A DNA stretch of 62,533 bases, filler included, from Basidioascus undulatus (GCA_000826855.1; 10 parts of 10 records of this genome joined end to end with filler, not necessarily neighbours in it), one strand, 5' to 3'. Numbered from the whole stretch's first letter, positions 12,573-24,670 are shown. The notes: generated by a model from the letters alone, not told the origin. Made by a program: numbers and translations.

Positions 12573-12857
12573 CAGCCGCAGGCGGCACCTGCGGCGCCGG
12601 CGGTCCACCCCCTCGCGGCCAAGGTCGCGCACCTCCCGCCCGAGCAGCAGCAGATGGTCCTCCAGGTGCTGTCGTTTACGGCGGAGCAGATTGCTGCGCT
12701 GCCGGTGGAGCAGCAGCAGGGGATCGTTAGTCTCGTACGTCTCCCTTTCGCGTTCCCTTTCCCTCTGCCGCTCTTCTTTCTTGAGGGACTGTAGGAAGAT
12801 GGACGGCTGACGAAGATGGGGATGGGGCAACAGAGACAACAGTTTGGGATCGTTTGA
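12573..12857 (+). CDS. RNA15: 3' end of a CstF-64/Rna15-like polyadenylation factor (CSTF C-terminal domain)
   Basis: ...AHLPPEQQQMVLQVLSFTAEQIAALPVEQQQGIVSL|RQQFGIV*, matching the QVL.LT.EQI..LP.EQ...I..LR motif of the CSTF C-terminal domain. One GT-AG intron. Confidence 0.75.
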
Positions 12858-14035
12858 TCGGTTTGATGGAGGAGGAGCGGAGAGAGGAAGGAGGTGGAAG
12901 GAAGAGGGAATGCCAGGGGGGGAGGAAGGAGGAGCGCGCGTTTGCGCGTCGGAACGGGATGGGAAGTCCGTTGCTGTTTGAAGGTTGCAGTTGGGAGCTG
13001 TGATGGGATGGGAAATCGGAATGCGGCGGGTTAAGTTACTTATAGACACTTGCTTGCCATTGCTGTCCTGTGTCCTGCCTGCCGTGCCTTGTCTTGTTTT
13101 GTCTGTATGTTGCGTTGCTCGATTGATTAGTTGTGCGGATTGAAGCTCGAGTTGGACGGTGTTGTGTGGTGTGGCTGAAGCGGGGAAGAGAGAAGTGCCC
13201 ATCTGGGTTTACGGTAGCATGCAGGCCATGCAGTTGGCTTGAATGATTTCGCTCTTTCAGAGGTGTATGATATTCGCAAACTGGGGCTGTCGTGAAAAGG
13301 GGGATAGTGGAAAATCAAGGCAAACTGAATGCTGGCTTTCGTGCCGGTGTGGTGAGCACTGAGCAAGGGCTGCGGGTTTCACGGACACCTGTTGACATCC
13401 ATCCCCTTCCTAATTCTATGCCTTTGAGACTAATGTGCTGGGGCTTTCTGTCAAACATGCTTGTGATCAGAAGAAGCAAGTTCTGTCAAGCAGTTGGTTG
13501 TTTGCCCACTTTGTAACAAAGTCAGGTGACATGCAATGAGCCATCCATAAAGACATGCATAGGAGAAGACTTTCTTGAACAACTGTCTTGAGAAACATGA
13601 GGATGTTTGTGAGGACATAAGGACATCTGTGAGAGGACACAAGGATGTCCTTGAGGGGTGGCAGACTTTCTTGCGGACATCCATGAGCACCCAAGGGTAT
13701 CTGTTTTTTTTAGGATGAGTACTTTGTTGAGGACACAAGGGTTCTTGTGAAGACATGAGGACATCCTTGATGGGTATGTGGGCATGAGGACATCCTGGAG
13801 GATATGGGCATCCTTGAGTATATCTTTGGGACAGGATATGTGCAGATGTCCTGCAGGACAGGATTGAGCACAGCTCTACATGGGGACTTGAGGGTATCTG
13901 GGAGGATGTGCAGATGTAGTTGAGCATGTGAGGACATCATGAGAATGTCTGTAAGCACATGCAGTGAAAGGCTGCAAGTGGCATGCACTGGTGTGTCTGC
14001 GGCTGAGACAAGGTGTGCCTGATGCTCAAACAGGT

Positions 14036-14166
14036 TTGTCTGACCCTAAGACATGGCTTGTCTGACCCTCAGACATGGTGTGCTGACCCACAGACATGGC
14101 TTGTCTGAACCTCAGACATGTCTTGTCCCACACCCAGACATGGCTGTTTGATCTACAGACATGGCT
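14036..14166. repeat. Tandem array, ~6 x 21-22 bp, internally palindromic (TTGTCTGACCCTCAGACATGGC)
   Basis: Units read directly; the best unit contains the perfect inverted repeat TGTCTGA-CCC-TCAGACA. Confidence 0.9.
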
Positions 14167-14172
14167 GAACAA

Positions 14173-14540
14173 TTGCCATTTTGTCAAAGCTGTCCTGCAC
14201 TCAAGGACTGCCATTTATGCAAGACAGTCCTCTAATCAGTGCCTGCTTCACTGAAGGACTGCCATTATCAAGGCTGTCCTTCACCTGAACACCTTTTGGT
14301 TGTCAGTCTGACTGAATGCCTTCTGGTTGCCATCCTGACAAAGTGGACTGTAATTGTCAGAATGATAGAATGCTGTCTGGTTGTCATCCTGACAGAATGT
14401 CTTCTGATTGGCATTCTGACTGAATGCCTTCTGGTAGTCACCCTGACAAAGTGCCATTTGTTAAGGCAGTCAGCAGTCCTTTACTGAAGGACTCACATTT
14501 CATCAAAGTGTCCTTCACCCAAGGACTGCCATTTTCTCAA
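14173..14540. repeat. Compound array: ~6 x 27 bp (CTGACTGAATGCCTTCTGGTTGCCATC) flanked on both sides by AAGGACTGCCATT...GTCCTTCAC palindromic units
   Basis: The 27-bp period over ~14290-14455 shows up as a 9-aa repeat (LLVVILTEC-like) in ORF 14239..14487. AAGGACTGCCATT recurs at ~14203, ~14254 and 14521. Confidence 0.85.
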
Positions 14541-17500
14541 GGTGCTGAGCAGACGAGGAAGAAATGAGGTTGGGCAGGCAAAACACACCCAGTACTGGCA
14601 TGCCAATGAGTTATGAAGTGCCAATGGACCAAAAGCTGAGCTGATCAAGTATATACTCTTCTACAAAGACAATTGTGTGTGAATACCAATGAGATTCACA
14701 GAGCAATTTTTCTCCTGAGCATTTGAAGCTACATGATGTTCCATCAGGCTCACGCTCAAACTAGCAAGGCCTGGTGTCTTGATCATCCATCAGAGGTCAC
14801 TCCACTTTCTCAGTACTGCCTTACTTGTTTTCAGCTGAGCATATGGCACTTGGATTGGAGTGCACCTCAGAAACCCTGAATACAATGAATTGCAGGGAGG
14901 CTGGATGCTACGCTGCATTATTTCCGTTTGCACCTTCCTTTACCAATATAACTCCAGCCCATCCTCGTCGTCTGGAGTTCACCTGGTGTCCACCACCGGA
15001 CCGGGACGCAAAGTCAGTCTTTTCCTGGCTGGAAGGTCTACAGCCGTTCCCAGTGAGGAAAAGGAAACCGGAGCTGCAGTTCTCTCTCCACAAGCATAAG
15101 CTCGGTTTCAGGTTTTGTTTGTGCGATGGCAGACCAACGGAGCAAGGAGGGGAGGAGGAGAGGTGGAGTAGTTAGGCGGCGATGCTGGAATACGGTTTGC
15201 GTTCGTCGAGGGACGTTCGTGATTGCTGGACAAAAAGAGCTGTCATGCGCCGAGATGATAATCCGATGGCCCATAAAATCGATCAATACTGAAGATTCGT
15301 TTAAAGCCCGCCTATACTCGTGATAAATAAGTCTGGTTGCACGGCTGTTTGGGCAGTCCACGCTGTGTACTGCGTTGCCAGCCAGATTCGGGCAGGCTGC
15401 ACGCCGGCGCAAGGGAGCGAGCATCTCTAACTAGACCACATGCCTCGTGTATAACCCCCCATATGTTCCACAATTCATAATAATCGTCTTATTGCGGGGT
15501 TTGGCTTCGTTCGGTTCCTGGTCAGCGGTCGACGATGCCCACCGGTGGTGGCACGAGGCATTCACACGTGCGTGGACGAGACGAGGCACCATGCGGAGAT
15601 GCAGACGTTGCGGACGACTCTAGGGACGACCAAGCATAGCCCAGCATGATTGTTACATGCGTAAAGTTCGAAACGCGAGAGACGGTCGGAGTTGGCGGAA
15701 CGGACGGAACGTAGTTCAGGGGAGGTGAAGGTGACATACCCGTTTTGGGGAGGGTCGGTTGACAGGGAGCGAAAAGTCTGTACACGGCGCACGGTGATAA
15801 GTAAATATAAATTTAATGTGTTGATTCCAACCAAATGCACGGGGTGGAGAGACATCTCTTCTCCTCAACGCGTAGGGAGCTTGATGCAACTTCGCACGAC
15901 TTTCTAACTGACGAAGGCTGGTGATCAACAGCATCATCGGTTAGAGTTTATTGGGGCGTGATTTACTACCTGGAGATCCTTTCTGAGGCATACGAATCTG
16001 ATTGTAAAGCGAAGACGGTCAGGACAAGGATGCACCGCAGCGTGCTCGAGCAAGAAGGGTATTCCTCGCCTGGAAAGGCTCTCCGTGGAAGACTGGCGTT
16101 GAGGGAGTTTTTTAAGTGAAATATCGCTAAAAGGCTCATAGTCAGGCAGGACGACCAACGCAGCAGCGCCGGCATGGCGTTTCGGTGCCAGGGCAAGTCC
16201 AGAAACTTGCGCTGCTCTGCTTGCCCTCTCGTGCTCGCATCCTAGCTCACTTCCGAAAATACAGTCAGTGTTCTTGCTTGACTTTCCACTCACTCCTCTC
16301 GCAGGCTTAAGAGACTGCCTCGCCTGAGCTGGCAGCCAGTCCGCAGCGCACTGCCCAGTTCTCAGTCGCGCTCTGCTTTGTCTTCTCTTCGTATCGCCCA
16401 TGCTCAACCACTGCAGGTAGCGGCAGATTTAGGGCTCCAAAGCGGATCATACCTTGCCAGCCGCGCAGCCTCCTCTCTCTCCCTCCAGCCTCACACAGAT
16501 CGCTCTGAGAATCAAAGACTACCTGTTGGCCGCCGAAACTTACGGCGCACGGTAAAAGAAGCCCCATCACCACTCCTCAAACGAATCCCTCCCCCAATCC
16601 TCCCCCTTCCTCCTCCGCAAACCACAAGCAAGTCAACAACCAACCTTCCTGCCCCCTCCGTGATATCTCCTCCCTCGGCTCGCATGGCAGCCACAGTCAC
16701 GCGAGCTGTGCCCCCTTCCCTCGGCCACGTGCGTTTCATTCTCCAATTCCCAATTCGGAGAAGCAATAAAACGTGGGAGATAGTCCGAGCGTCAGGGAGC
16801 GGGTGCGGGGGAAAGCGAAGAGGGGGCTGGGGAAGGCAGGGGGAGGAGTTCTTTGTTGCGTAAGCTGTCAGGGTGGGAGTCCGCGTTTCGTCTTCTTTTG
16901 ACGACGCTTGCTTGAGGGACTTGAACGGTGACGGATAGAAAGTATGGAAGCAAGGACGTATTTTGGGTATAAAGTTGGAGAGGAGCCGGAAAGAAAAGAA
17001 GGAGGCTGCTGCAGGTACAGCGATCGACCAGGAGCTCGCACTCCTGTATGTTGGCTGCATGCTTGTCAGCGCCGAGCGCTCATTCGCCACGTGGGAAATG
17101 ATAAGATTATCCCTTTCATGCTTGATTTTTCGGTTCGCGTAGCAGACACAAGAAAGCCACGCGAGCGCCACGCTGGGCTTGGAAGAAGGGGAGCTGGGGG
17201 AGGGGGAAGGCGGAAGACCGCCCCGGTTGTGCGGTTTGGTTGATGGGGAGCATAGCGATGTGTAGTTGAAGTGACCAGAAATATGAATTGATAAACGTTT
17301 TTTTGGCAGGTAGAGAGCAGTTGTGGGTGGACTTTGAGGGTCTGAGCAGCTTGGAAGGAGGACTGAGTGCCTGCCGGCCAGCTGTCTCTTCAGTGGACCA
17401 TCCAAGACGTCAGAGCCACATGGCAGGAACATTCCATACTACCTACCCCCTAGGTACTATCCGCCCCTGCACACCCGCACTCTTGTGGGCGGCGATCTAA

Positions 17501-18312
17501 AACGCCGACCGAAAGCGGGCGAGCAAGAACAAAAGCCGACACACCGCGCGGCTGTCACTTTCGACAGCCGCCTCTGCCCGCCTTTCATTATCTCGCTGCC
17601 TGTGTTGCTGTCAGGGCCGGCGCGACTGCATCGACGTCTCAAAACTACGTGAGCAGTGTGCAAGTCACAGTGCGCCACTGAAAAATGTGGATGTGGTGAA
17701 CTGTCGAGCCGAAGCAGGAGAGAGGGGGAGAGAAGACGGTCGGCGGCAGCGAAGATCGTCGACTGCAGCAGCGGCTTGTTGTTCGCCCTCCTCCTTGCTC
17801 TGGCTCTTCACCATCATCATCCTCGTCATGCTTTCCCGCCCCATTCAATCCCTCGCTCATATTCCCCCGGCTCGACACAGTTCATCGGCAGACGACACAC
17901 AGCGGCGCATTCCCCTTGACATCCCGCCCGTTCTCCCCATCCAAATCCTCCTCGTCCTGAACGACACAGACTCTTGATCCCCCGGATTGACGTCTGGCCC
18001 GTTCGACTCTGCACCGCAACTTGTTACACCGCGCAGACAGCCAAACATCCACCCCTCGCCCTCACGTGGCTATCGACTCGTCGCTCCCTCCGAACCTCCG
18101 GGCTCACTTCGTCCGCCGTTCCCTTTGGCGTGGCCTCGAGCTACACACACAAAGAGCCCACTCTGAGAACCGTTCATAAGCCCAAGCATCCCAGTCAGTC
18201 TTTCATTCCCCTTCATCTCCTTTCCCCCTCCTCGCCCCCGTCGTTCACACACACAACCCAACTCACGTACCGTCGTCTCTTTCACCGTCCACACAGTACC
18301 CAAACGACCCAG

Positions 18313-18755
18313 ATGATGTCGTACCAGTGCCGACCCTCCCCGCCGCACGAGCACCCTTTCGCGTCCTCAGCGCCCTCTCCCCGCCCGTCCAGCTGCAAGT
18401 CCTCCATCGCAGGCTGGCAGTCCAGTGAGTGCCCGTCCCCTTATCGGCCGGGTGCAATAGCTAGCAGACCACCTGGGGGCGCTTCCGTCCGATTGTCCAT
18501 GCGGATGCAAGGGCAAGGCGTTGCAATTTCGGTGCCAGTTCAACTGAAGGTTGTTTGCAGGGGGAGCGAGGCACGACGGCGGGCTCGTTGCACGTGTTAC
18601 ACCGAGACAATGTCTTAGCCCGCCAAAGTGCCTTGAACCTCAACGCTGACTTCTCTCGCTCTCCTCCTCCTCCTCTGTTCCTGCTGGTGCCCATGCACTC
18701 AGCTCACGCTCTGTGTTCCTTTTCGCACAGTTGCATCGACCTCTCTCCCTCCCAC
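18313..18755 (+). CDS. 5' end of a hypothetical spliced gene
   Basis: MMSYQCRPSPPHEHPFASSAPSPRPSSCKSSIAGWQS, followed by a GTGAGT donor and a pyrimidine-rich acceptor (GCACAG at ~18730). Cut by the contig end. Confidence 0.4.
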
Positions 18756-18855
18756 NNNNNNNNNNNNNNNNNNNNNNNNNNNNNNNNNNNNNNNNNNNNT
18801 TAATTAATTAANNNNNNNNNNNNNNNNNNNNNNNNNNNNNNNNNNNNNNNNNNNN
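18756..18855. other. Artificial contig linker
   Basis: N-run/TTAATTAATTAA/N-run. Confidence 0.99.
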
Positions 18856-19004
18856 AGGCGCTTGAGGAGGGCGGCGAGGTTGGAGAGCGAGTAGGCCATG
18901 CTCGGCAGGCGCAGGAGCTTCCCGTTCCGCTGCGACGACCGCCGGCGCTCTGGCTTCTCGGACCCGATTGTCGGGGGTGGGGGTGGTGTAGACGGATGTG
19001 CCAT
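18856..19004 (-). CDS. 5' end of a hypothetical protein
   Basis: MAHPSTPPPPPTIGSEKPERRRSSQRNGKLLRLPSMAYSLSNLAALLKR, open to the contig edge, with GC3-rich codons and a C/T-rich leader. Confidence 0.45.
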
Positions 19005-19740
19005 GCTGGTATATCCGAATATCGGGGGCTCGGGTAAAGGAGGGTGTGAAGGAAATGTGAAGAGGAAACAGCGAGGAGGATGTGGGCAACGGTCAAGATG
19101 AGAATTCGCCTGGCGGGCGGCCGGGCGGAGTGGAGCGGCGAGGAGGTCTGCATGGTGGTGACTGCCGACTCAGGACACCCGTCACCGACTCAGGGCGAGT
19201 CAGGGCAGCGGGGGAGGCCTGTGGCGCGTGGCGCGTGGCGCATGGCGGCCATGCGAGCCTCGCGTAAGGGCGGTGGCGCAACCTCGCCGAAGCTTTGCAG
19301 CGAAAATTTGTTTCACTGAACTAACATCCGGCGCTGCAGCTTCCAACGTTCTCCAGAGTTCTCTGAGCGCCTTCCATTCAAAAGATGCTCGTGAAAGCAA
19401 GTGGAAGCGTGTGAACACAGGCGACGAGGCAGACTCACGCACGTCATTTCGAGTTGTCTTTCTGCTACACACGCGAAGATGAAGCTACCGTGCAAGGAAA
19501 TTGTCAGAAAACAGTAATGTCGGTGCAAATTCTACCATGCTGACTGAAGACCCTTCAGTGCTGCTCGAAGATTGTCGAGGCCGGCGCGCACAGACAAGCA
19601 TCGGCGTGGTTGCAGGGAAGGATAGGGAGGGCTTTCATTCCCAGTTCATTATGTATGTCCATCAGGGGCAGGGCGGGAGCCACGTTCCTGCAGATGACGA
19701 AATTAACTGCAGCCTATCCTGTATCGCCCCGTCCGGGACC

Positions 19741-20190
19741 TTAGCGTTGCGCGGAAAACCTCTGGAGCCTTTGTGAAGAAGTTAATAACTTGGCAGGTTT
19801 TTCGCAGGGGGTAAAACCTCTTGGAAAACAGTGAGAAACCACCACAACCGCGTCGCATATTAAAATATACATTCAGAAGCAGATAATCTTTCAGAGTTGT
19901 TGGTGCAAGAAATCATGAGATATTCTAAGATTTGAAGCTGATGAACGGTCTTTTCCAGGTGCTCGCGCCATCAACCACAAACTACGTCCCAGCAGGAGTC
20001 GGTGCAAGTCGCAGCTGGACGGACGAGCGTAAGAATGGCCAAGAATATCTTGTTTATGCTCAGGCAGGAGGTACACTGGCCAAATTCATCTTCATGTCAC
20101 AGCCATTTCATCCAGCAGCTTCCGAACCCCGTGAAAACCGTCTTCAGGAGTAACATGTTTCTCCCCGGGAGGGTTTCCGCGCAACGCTAA
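19741..20190. mobile_element. 450-bp non-autonomous DNA transposon (MITE-like, possibly hAT-derived)
   Basis: Perfect 17-bp terminal inverted repeats, TTAGCGTTGCGCGGAAA (19741-19757) and TTTCCGCGCAACGCTAA (20174-20190). Both flanks contain TCCGGG. An internal minus-strand frame G*WREH...EYLMISCTNNSERL resembles the hAT dimerisation motif. Confidence 0.65.
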
Positions 20191-21900
20191 TCCGGGTGAT
20201 GCGTCCACTGCAGGCAGTTGTCGTGGGAGGTCTGCAACACGACGATCCTGTCTCCTGGAATCTCAGCACTGGCAACGGCGACTTGAGACTGTTCGTTGAC
20301 TTTCTCCGTATCAGTTATCAGTCCAGAGGAACATTCAACAGAAGGGCGGGGACAGTGTGTTAACGCGCCTCGGGATCTCTGCAAAGTGGTCGTGCAGTGC
20401 GTACACTTTGTTCCAGCTGTATAAGGGGGGCAGACCAGTGCTAACGTCTTGCGGTTTCCCTGAGCTCGCTCTCGCCTTGTACCATGAAAGGACTGCAGGG
20501 GATCTATTCCCTAGGCAACGTCGAAAAGGAACGTTGGTCGCACGACTCCCCATCCCAAACGAGTTATGCCCGCCAAGAATAAAAGAGACGCAAAAGCTCG
20601 ACTGCGTATCAGAGTTCTGATCTCAGTATCTCCTCCCAAAAAGATCCACTACTCCATAATCCCATAATCACGATTCTACCCGTTCGCACAAAAAGGCAAG
20701 TCACCCACGCGCAGCAGCGGTTCATTCAGTCCGGCAAAAGAAGCTTTGGAGCGCCACTTCAACTTACTTATCCTCGCGAGTGGCCCTTTGTCCGGATATC
20801 TGATGAGAATCTTTAGAGTTCCAATACCGTTGGCTTGGCCGTCCGCGCGCTCGGTCCTTGTATGTGGTAGGTTCGGGCAATCAGCTGCATCAGGAGACTC
20901 TCCGCCGAGGATGCAATGCCAGCTGTTGTTGCATGATTCAGAGGTGACCTATTAGAGTTGATAAGGGACATGAAGTGAGAGAAATTATTGTCCAGTTCAG
21001 GCAATCATGATGTCTCTGCGAAAACGGACAACGTCCAGGCTTGGTAGCCTCCTGATAGCGAAACGGTTGCCAGTGCAATGTTGTACTTGGGTCGATACAG
21101 CTTCCCAGACGACACTCACTCACAGCTTGCTAGAAGACCCTTCCGGTTGGTATACCTCACACGGCCCCAGGGCACTGCATGTATCGACTACCCTTGATGC
21201 GTCCCTCGTCAAACTCCATTGTGATTCCGACATGCAACAACTTCCGTCTAATATGAGGGTAGCACACGAAATGGCAAACCGGGAGTCATCGACCACTGGC
21301 ACTCCCAAATTAACCTAGAAACATCTCACTCCCTAGAACTTGAGTCTCAGCCGCTGGAGAGATCCGGCACCGCGTGCTGCCTCTCCTACGCGCAGCATCA
21401 AACCTGCGCTCCTGATTGATGCAGTGCGTTTGACCAGTACCTCCTGAACCCTCCGCCACTCAAGTTTGCCAGAACGAGATAACACCTGTGCACAACATCC
21501 AAACACGGACAGTGCCTGGTGTCTGTGGCTTGTGCGATGGGGGCTGGGCTGATAACGACATGATGATTCCTCCTGGAAACGGAAGGTCTTATACACAGCA
21601 CGGAAACATCCTATGTATTCTGGAAATACCTAACTTTTGAGTTCTGACTGTGGGCGCAGGTCCAATGCGCCCGGGAGATCTACGCGGAGTTCGCTATGAC
21701 AGCCTCGTGTTGCCGAATCTTTCATTTACTCCATTGGCGGCGCACAGCATTCAATTACCATTCATAAGGCACACCACTCGAAACTCGTGTCTCACAACTT
21801 TTCCAGTCACCCCCCTCCTCCAATTCTGCCGTTGTCGACCACCTTTCAATCCTCTGCAGGCCACTGCCTAAGTAGCCTACACCCTTTCAGGTAGTCAACA

Positions 21901-22430
21901 ATGGTGTGTGCTATCGTTTCCCTTTCCCTCCTTTGGATTTGCGAAGGTCTTATAACATCCATATACCTTGGGCAAACAACAGGGCAAACAACAGGGCGCT
22001 TGCCACTCTTGCCTCGTGACGATCGGCCACGCCCTACTCGACACCGGCAATGCCATCTACACAGCCCTGTTCACCCTCGTGCACTCGCACGGCTCATGGT
22101 ACTGGCAATATTCGACTGCCTTACATGGACCTGCGGCGTCACAGCGGCAGTCAATCAAGACGTCAGGACTAACCCTACGACCACCGGGACAAACCGCCGC
22201 ACGTCCACGACTACAGCCGCAACGGCAGCCAAGACGCTCTCGACGGACACGCAGCGTCCGGTGCGCCGTTGCTGTCCTCTCCTGCTCCCCGCTCTTCTCC
22301 ATACTCCCCTCGTCAGGTCAGCCGTCGCCATTCCCACCGGTCCGTTTGCATTTGGAAGTGCCAGGCTACGCCCTCTCCATTCCCCCCGAAACTCCCGGCT
22401 TTCTGTTAGTTGGCAGGGCTACTAGATGGA
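21901..22430 (+). pseudogene. Small MG-Cys-rich, putatively lipid-anchored protein with an apparent frameshift
   Basis: ATG|GT intron, then GACHSCLVTIGHALLDTGNAIYTALFTLV, continuing in another frame as ALARLMVLAIFDCLTWTCG...TTTGTNRRTSTTT. This resembles small fungal MGxxxSC...CLTCG proteins. The 3' end is approximate. Confidence 0.4.
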
Positions 22431-22559
22431 GGCGGCTTGAGAGGGGCTTTGGGTCAGCATGATAATTTGAACACTGTACTGTAATGCATTGATGAACATA
22501 TGAGCGTCCCGTAAGTCAGACACACTTCACCAGGAACAGCTCAGCAGTCGATGCATTCA

Positions 22560-23404
22560 TGCAAACTCGGACTAAACGTCCATACGAGTTATCTGCTCTC
22601 CCAACCACGCACACCAGTCTTCAACGTGCTCCAGGAACGGCATTGGCAAGAAACGGTAGCCACTTTCGTGAGGAGCAATCACAGTAACCCATCGTATGGC
22701 GCTCAGCGCTTGTAGCTTGAGCAGCGCTACGCTGTGGTTCTGTCTTGCCAGCTCTGATCGATTCCTTGGGCGTCAGCCCAGTTTCACATTCCCACGAATC
22801 CAGCCACCCTCACCTCTCCTGTGCTCCGCTCCGGCACGATCGACATGGGCAGGATCTCGTAATTCTCGAGCGCGAAACGGGGCGGCTCAAGCGTCACGGG
22901 GTTGGCCGTGATGCATAAGAGGTAGCCAGCGCAGTTGGGACCCTCGGCCCCAGGCAAAGAGCGAGACGAAGCGCGGTAATGAACGTCTTCTCGTGCATGA
23001 CCTGCCATGCGTGCAACGCGAGCATGAGGTCTGCGTCCAGCGCCCGCGAAGGGTCAGAGCGCAATCGCTGCTCGAACGCCACGTTGTAGTCGCAAAGCGC
23101 CCTGTTGATGGGTACTTGCGTTAGTTGCGGGCGCCGTGAGGGTTCCGTCAAGTATGAACTTGTGAAATGGCCAGTGCTGGCGTTGGCACTCGGCCGAACA
23201 GTAAGCGACTGCACGGACAATAGAGCGGTCAACCTGCGAGAGTTGTGGAGGAACGTATCCTGCATTATCCCGGTGTACCATCTTTGCATCTGCCACAAAC
23301 CCGGAGCTTGGGGACATCCGGCGCGGTCGCCTCCTTGCTGCACGGGATGTGTGGCATGAGCCCGTGGTGCGGCTCCTGCCAATGAGCTTGATGTTTGGGG
23401 CCAT
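22560..23404 (-). pseudogene. MYND-type zinc finger protein, frameshifted
   Basis: MAPNIKLIG...CH / CSKEATAPDVPKLRVCGRCKM | VAYCSAECQRQHWPFHKF gives the MYND signature. It needs a frameshift near 23345, and stops lie downstream. Confidence 0.7.
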
Positions 23405-24608
23405 CGAGTTCTATGGGTGAGTGGGCAAAGATAAAGGGATTGGAGTTGAAATATGTTGGACAGAAACGAGAGGGCTTGATGACGGGCGAGCGATACTTGC
23501 GCCAGCGCACGGTGAGAGCTCTGAAGCTGACCGGGATCGAAAGGCAATGACGGAGTCCGATGGCGCAGCATTCAACCCAGTCGCCGCTCGCCTCGTTACC
23601 AGCAGATCATTTATCAATTTATGAGGTATTTCCTCCAACTCTGTTGCACACTTGATACCTCTGCTGCCGTGGACTGAGTAGTGCCGCATAGGACAACCCA
23701 CTCCAGGATTCTTAGTGTTGCGGGGAAGGCGTGGGCAGCCTTATATCAAGTCAAACCTGATTTTCCAGGATTATCCTAGATAAACTTAACCATATCCCAT
23801 CCAACGCATGTGAAAGCTTGGTGATAAGCAGGTCACCGTCACGAAGTTGCAAGTGTTGTTTCGCGTTTTGCCTACGCTGCCAAGAGGAAATCAACATGTA
23901 TCGCTAGCGCAAACATGATGCGGTTGATTAGCCTAGTTGAGATTAGGAGAAGGTAGTCTCTATGACAATTAGTAGGCCTGATTCAAGAGCCGCAGGCGCA
24001 GAGTGAGTGTGCGATTGAGCACTGCGGTGAACACAGGAAGCGGGGTTCCCGTATCAATGTGCCAGATTCGAGCTCTCAGATAATCCCTTTCTGAAGAAGG
24101 GAGATTCAACGTAGACCTTATCGGCAAATAGCCAAGGTGAAGGTAGGCCCGTACCTCCGCGACAACCAACTTCCCATCCCTCCACTCTTGTCTTGGCCAT
24201 GGCAGCCTGCTCTCAGGCTAAGAAAGAGAGAGAACTGCAAAAAGCACAATCATAATAATGCTATAGACTTTAATGGTCCCCAGCATAGCTGTGGGTCTCG
24301 GGTAGCTTCTCCACCAGAGCGTTGTGAGAATGGGATGTGGTAGTTCAGCGCAATTGGAGGTGGTGAGGCCTTTCCAAAACTGAGCATCGATCCTATCCCC
24401 AAGGCATTCGCTTCGCCATTGTGTTTAGGGGAAATGTACAGTGCGGAAGCTGGCGACCTCGGAGGACAGGACCGAGTGAAAGCAACTGCAGCCATACCGC
24501 AGTGCAGTACACCAATGAAACTAACTGGAAGGGGAGCACAGTTTCCGGATACGAAATCAGAGGTTCTCAACTTCGTGGTCCTCCTCCACTCGACGCCGCT
24601 GCGATCGG

Positions 24609-24670
24609 CAAGTGAGTCCGATCGACAAGTGAGTCCGGTCGACAAGTGAGTCCGGTCGACAAGTGAGTCC
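24609..24670. repeat. 17-bp minisatellite, ~3.6 copies (CAAGTGAGTCCGGTCGA)
   Basis: Read directly; one mismatch in the first unit. Confidence 0.95.

Larger units (their letters stand above)
13400..14750. mobile_element. CpG-depleted repeat block, probably a decayed transposon or subterminal region
   Basis: Only a handful of CpG in ~1.35 kb, with abundant TG/CA, against CpG-rich flanks. Contains dispersed GAGGACAT motifs and three tandem arrays. Confidence 0.55.

Noticed and set aside
14239..14487. ORF with a 9-aa LLVVILTEC-like repeat as a real membrane peptide
   Set aside because: Best explained as a by-product of the 27-bp DNA repeat after CpG deamination. GTG start and no gene context.
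14036..14540. CRISPR-like palindromic repeats
   Set aside because: Head-to-tail tandem units without unique spacers, no cas genes, and a eukaryotic context.
17685..17699. MWMW* mini-ORF as a Trp-sensing uORF
   Set aside because: ~600 nt from the next plausible start, downstream gene unknown, and easily explained by chance.
19220..19247. (GTGGCGC)n short tandem upstream of a gene
   Set aside because: Three to four copies of a 7-mer in GC-rich DNA; no evidence of function.
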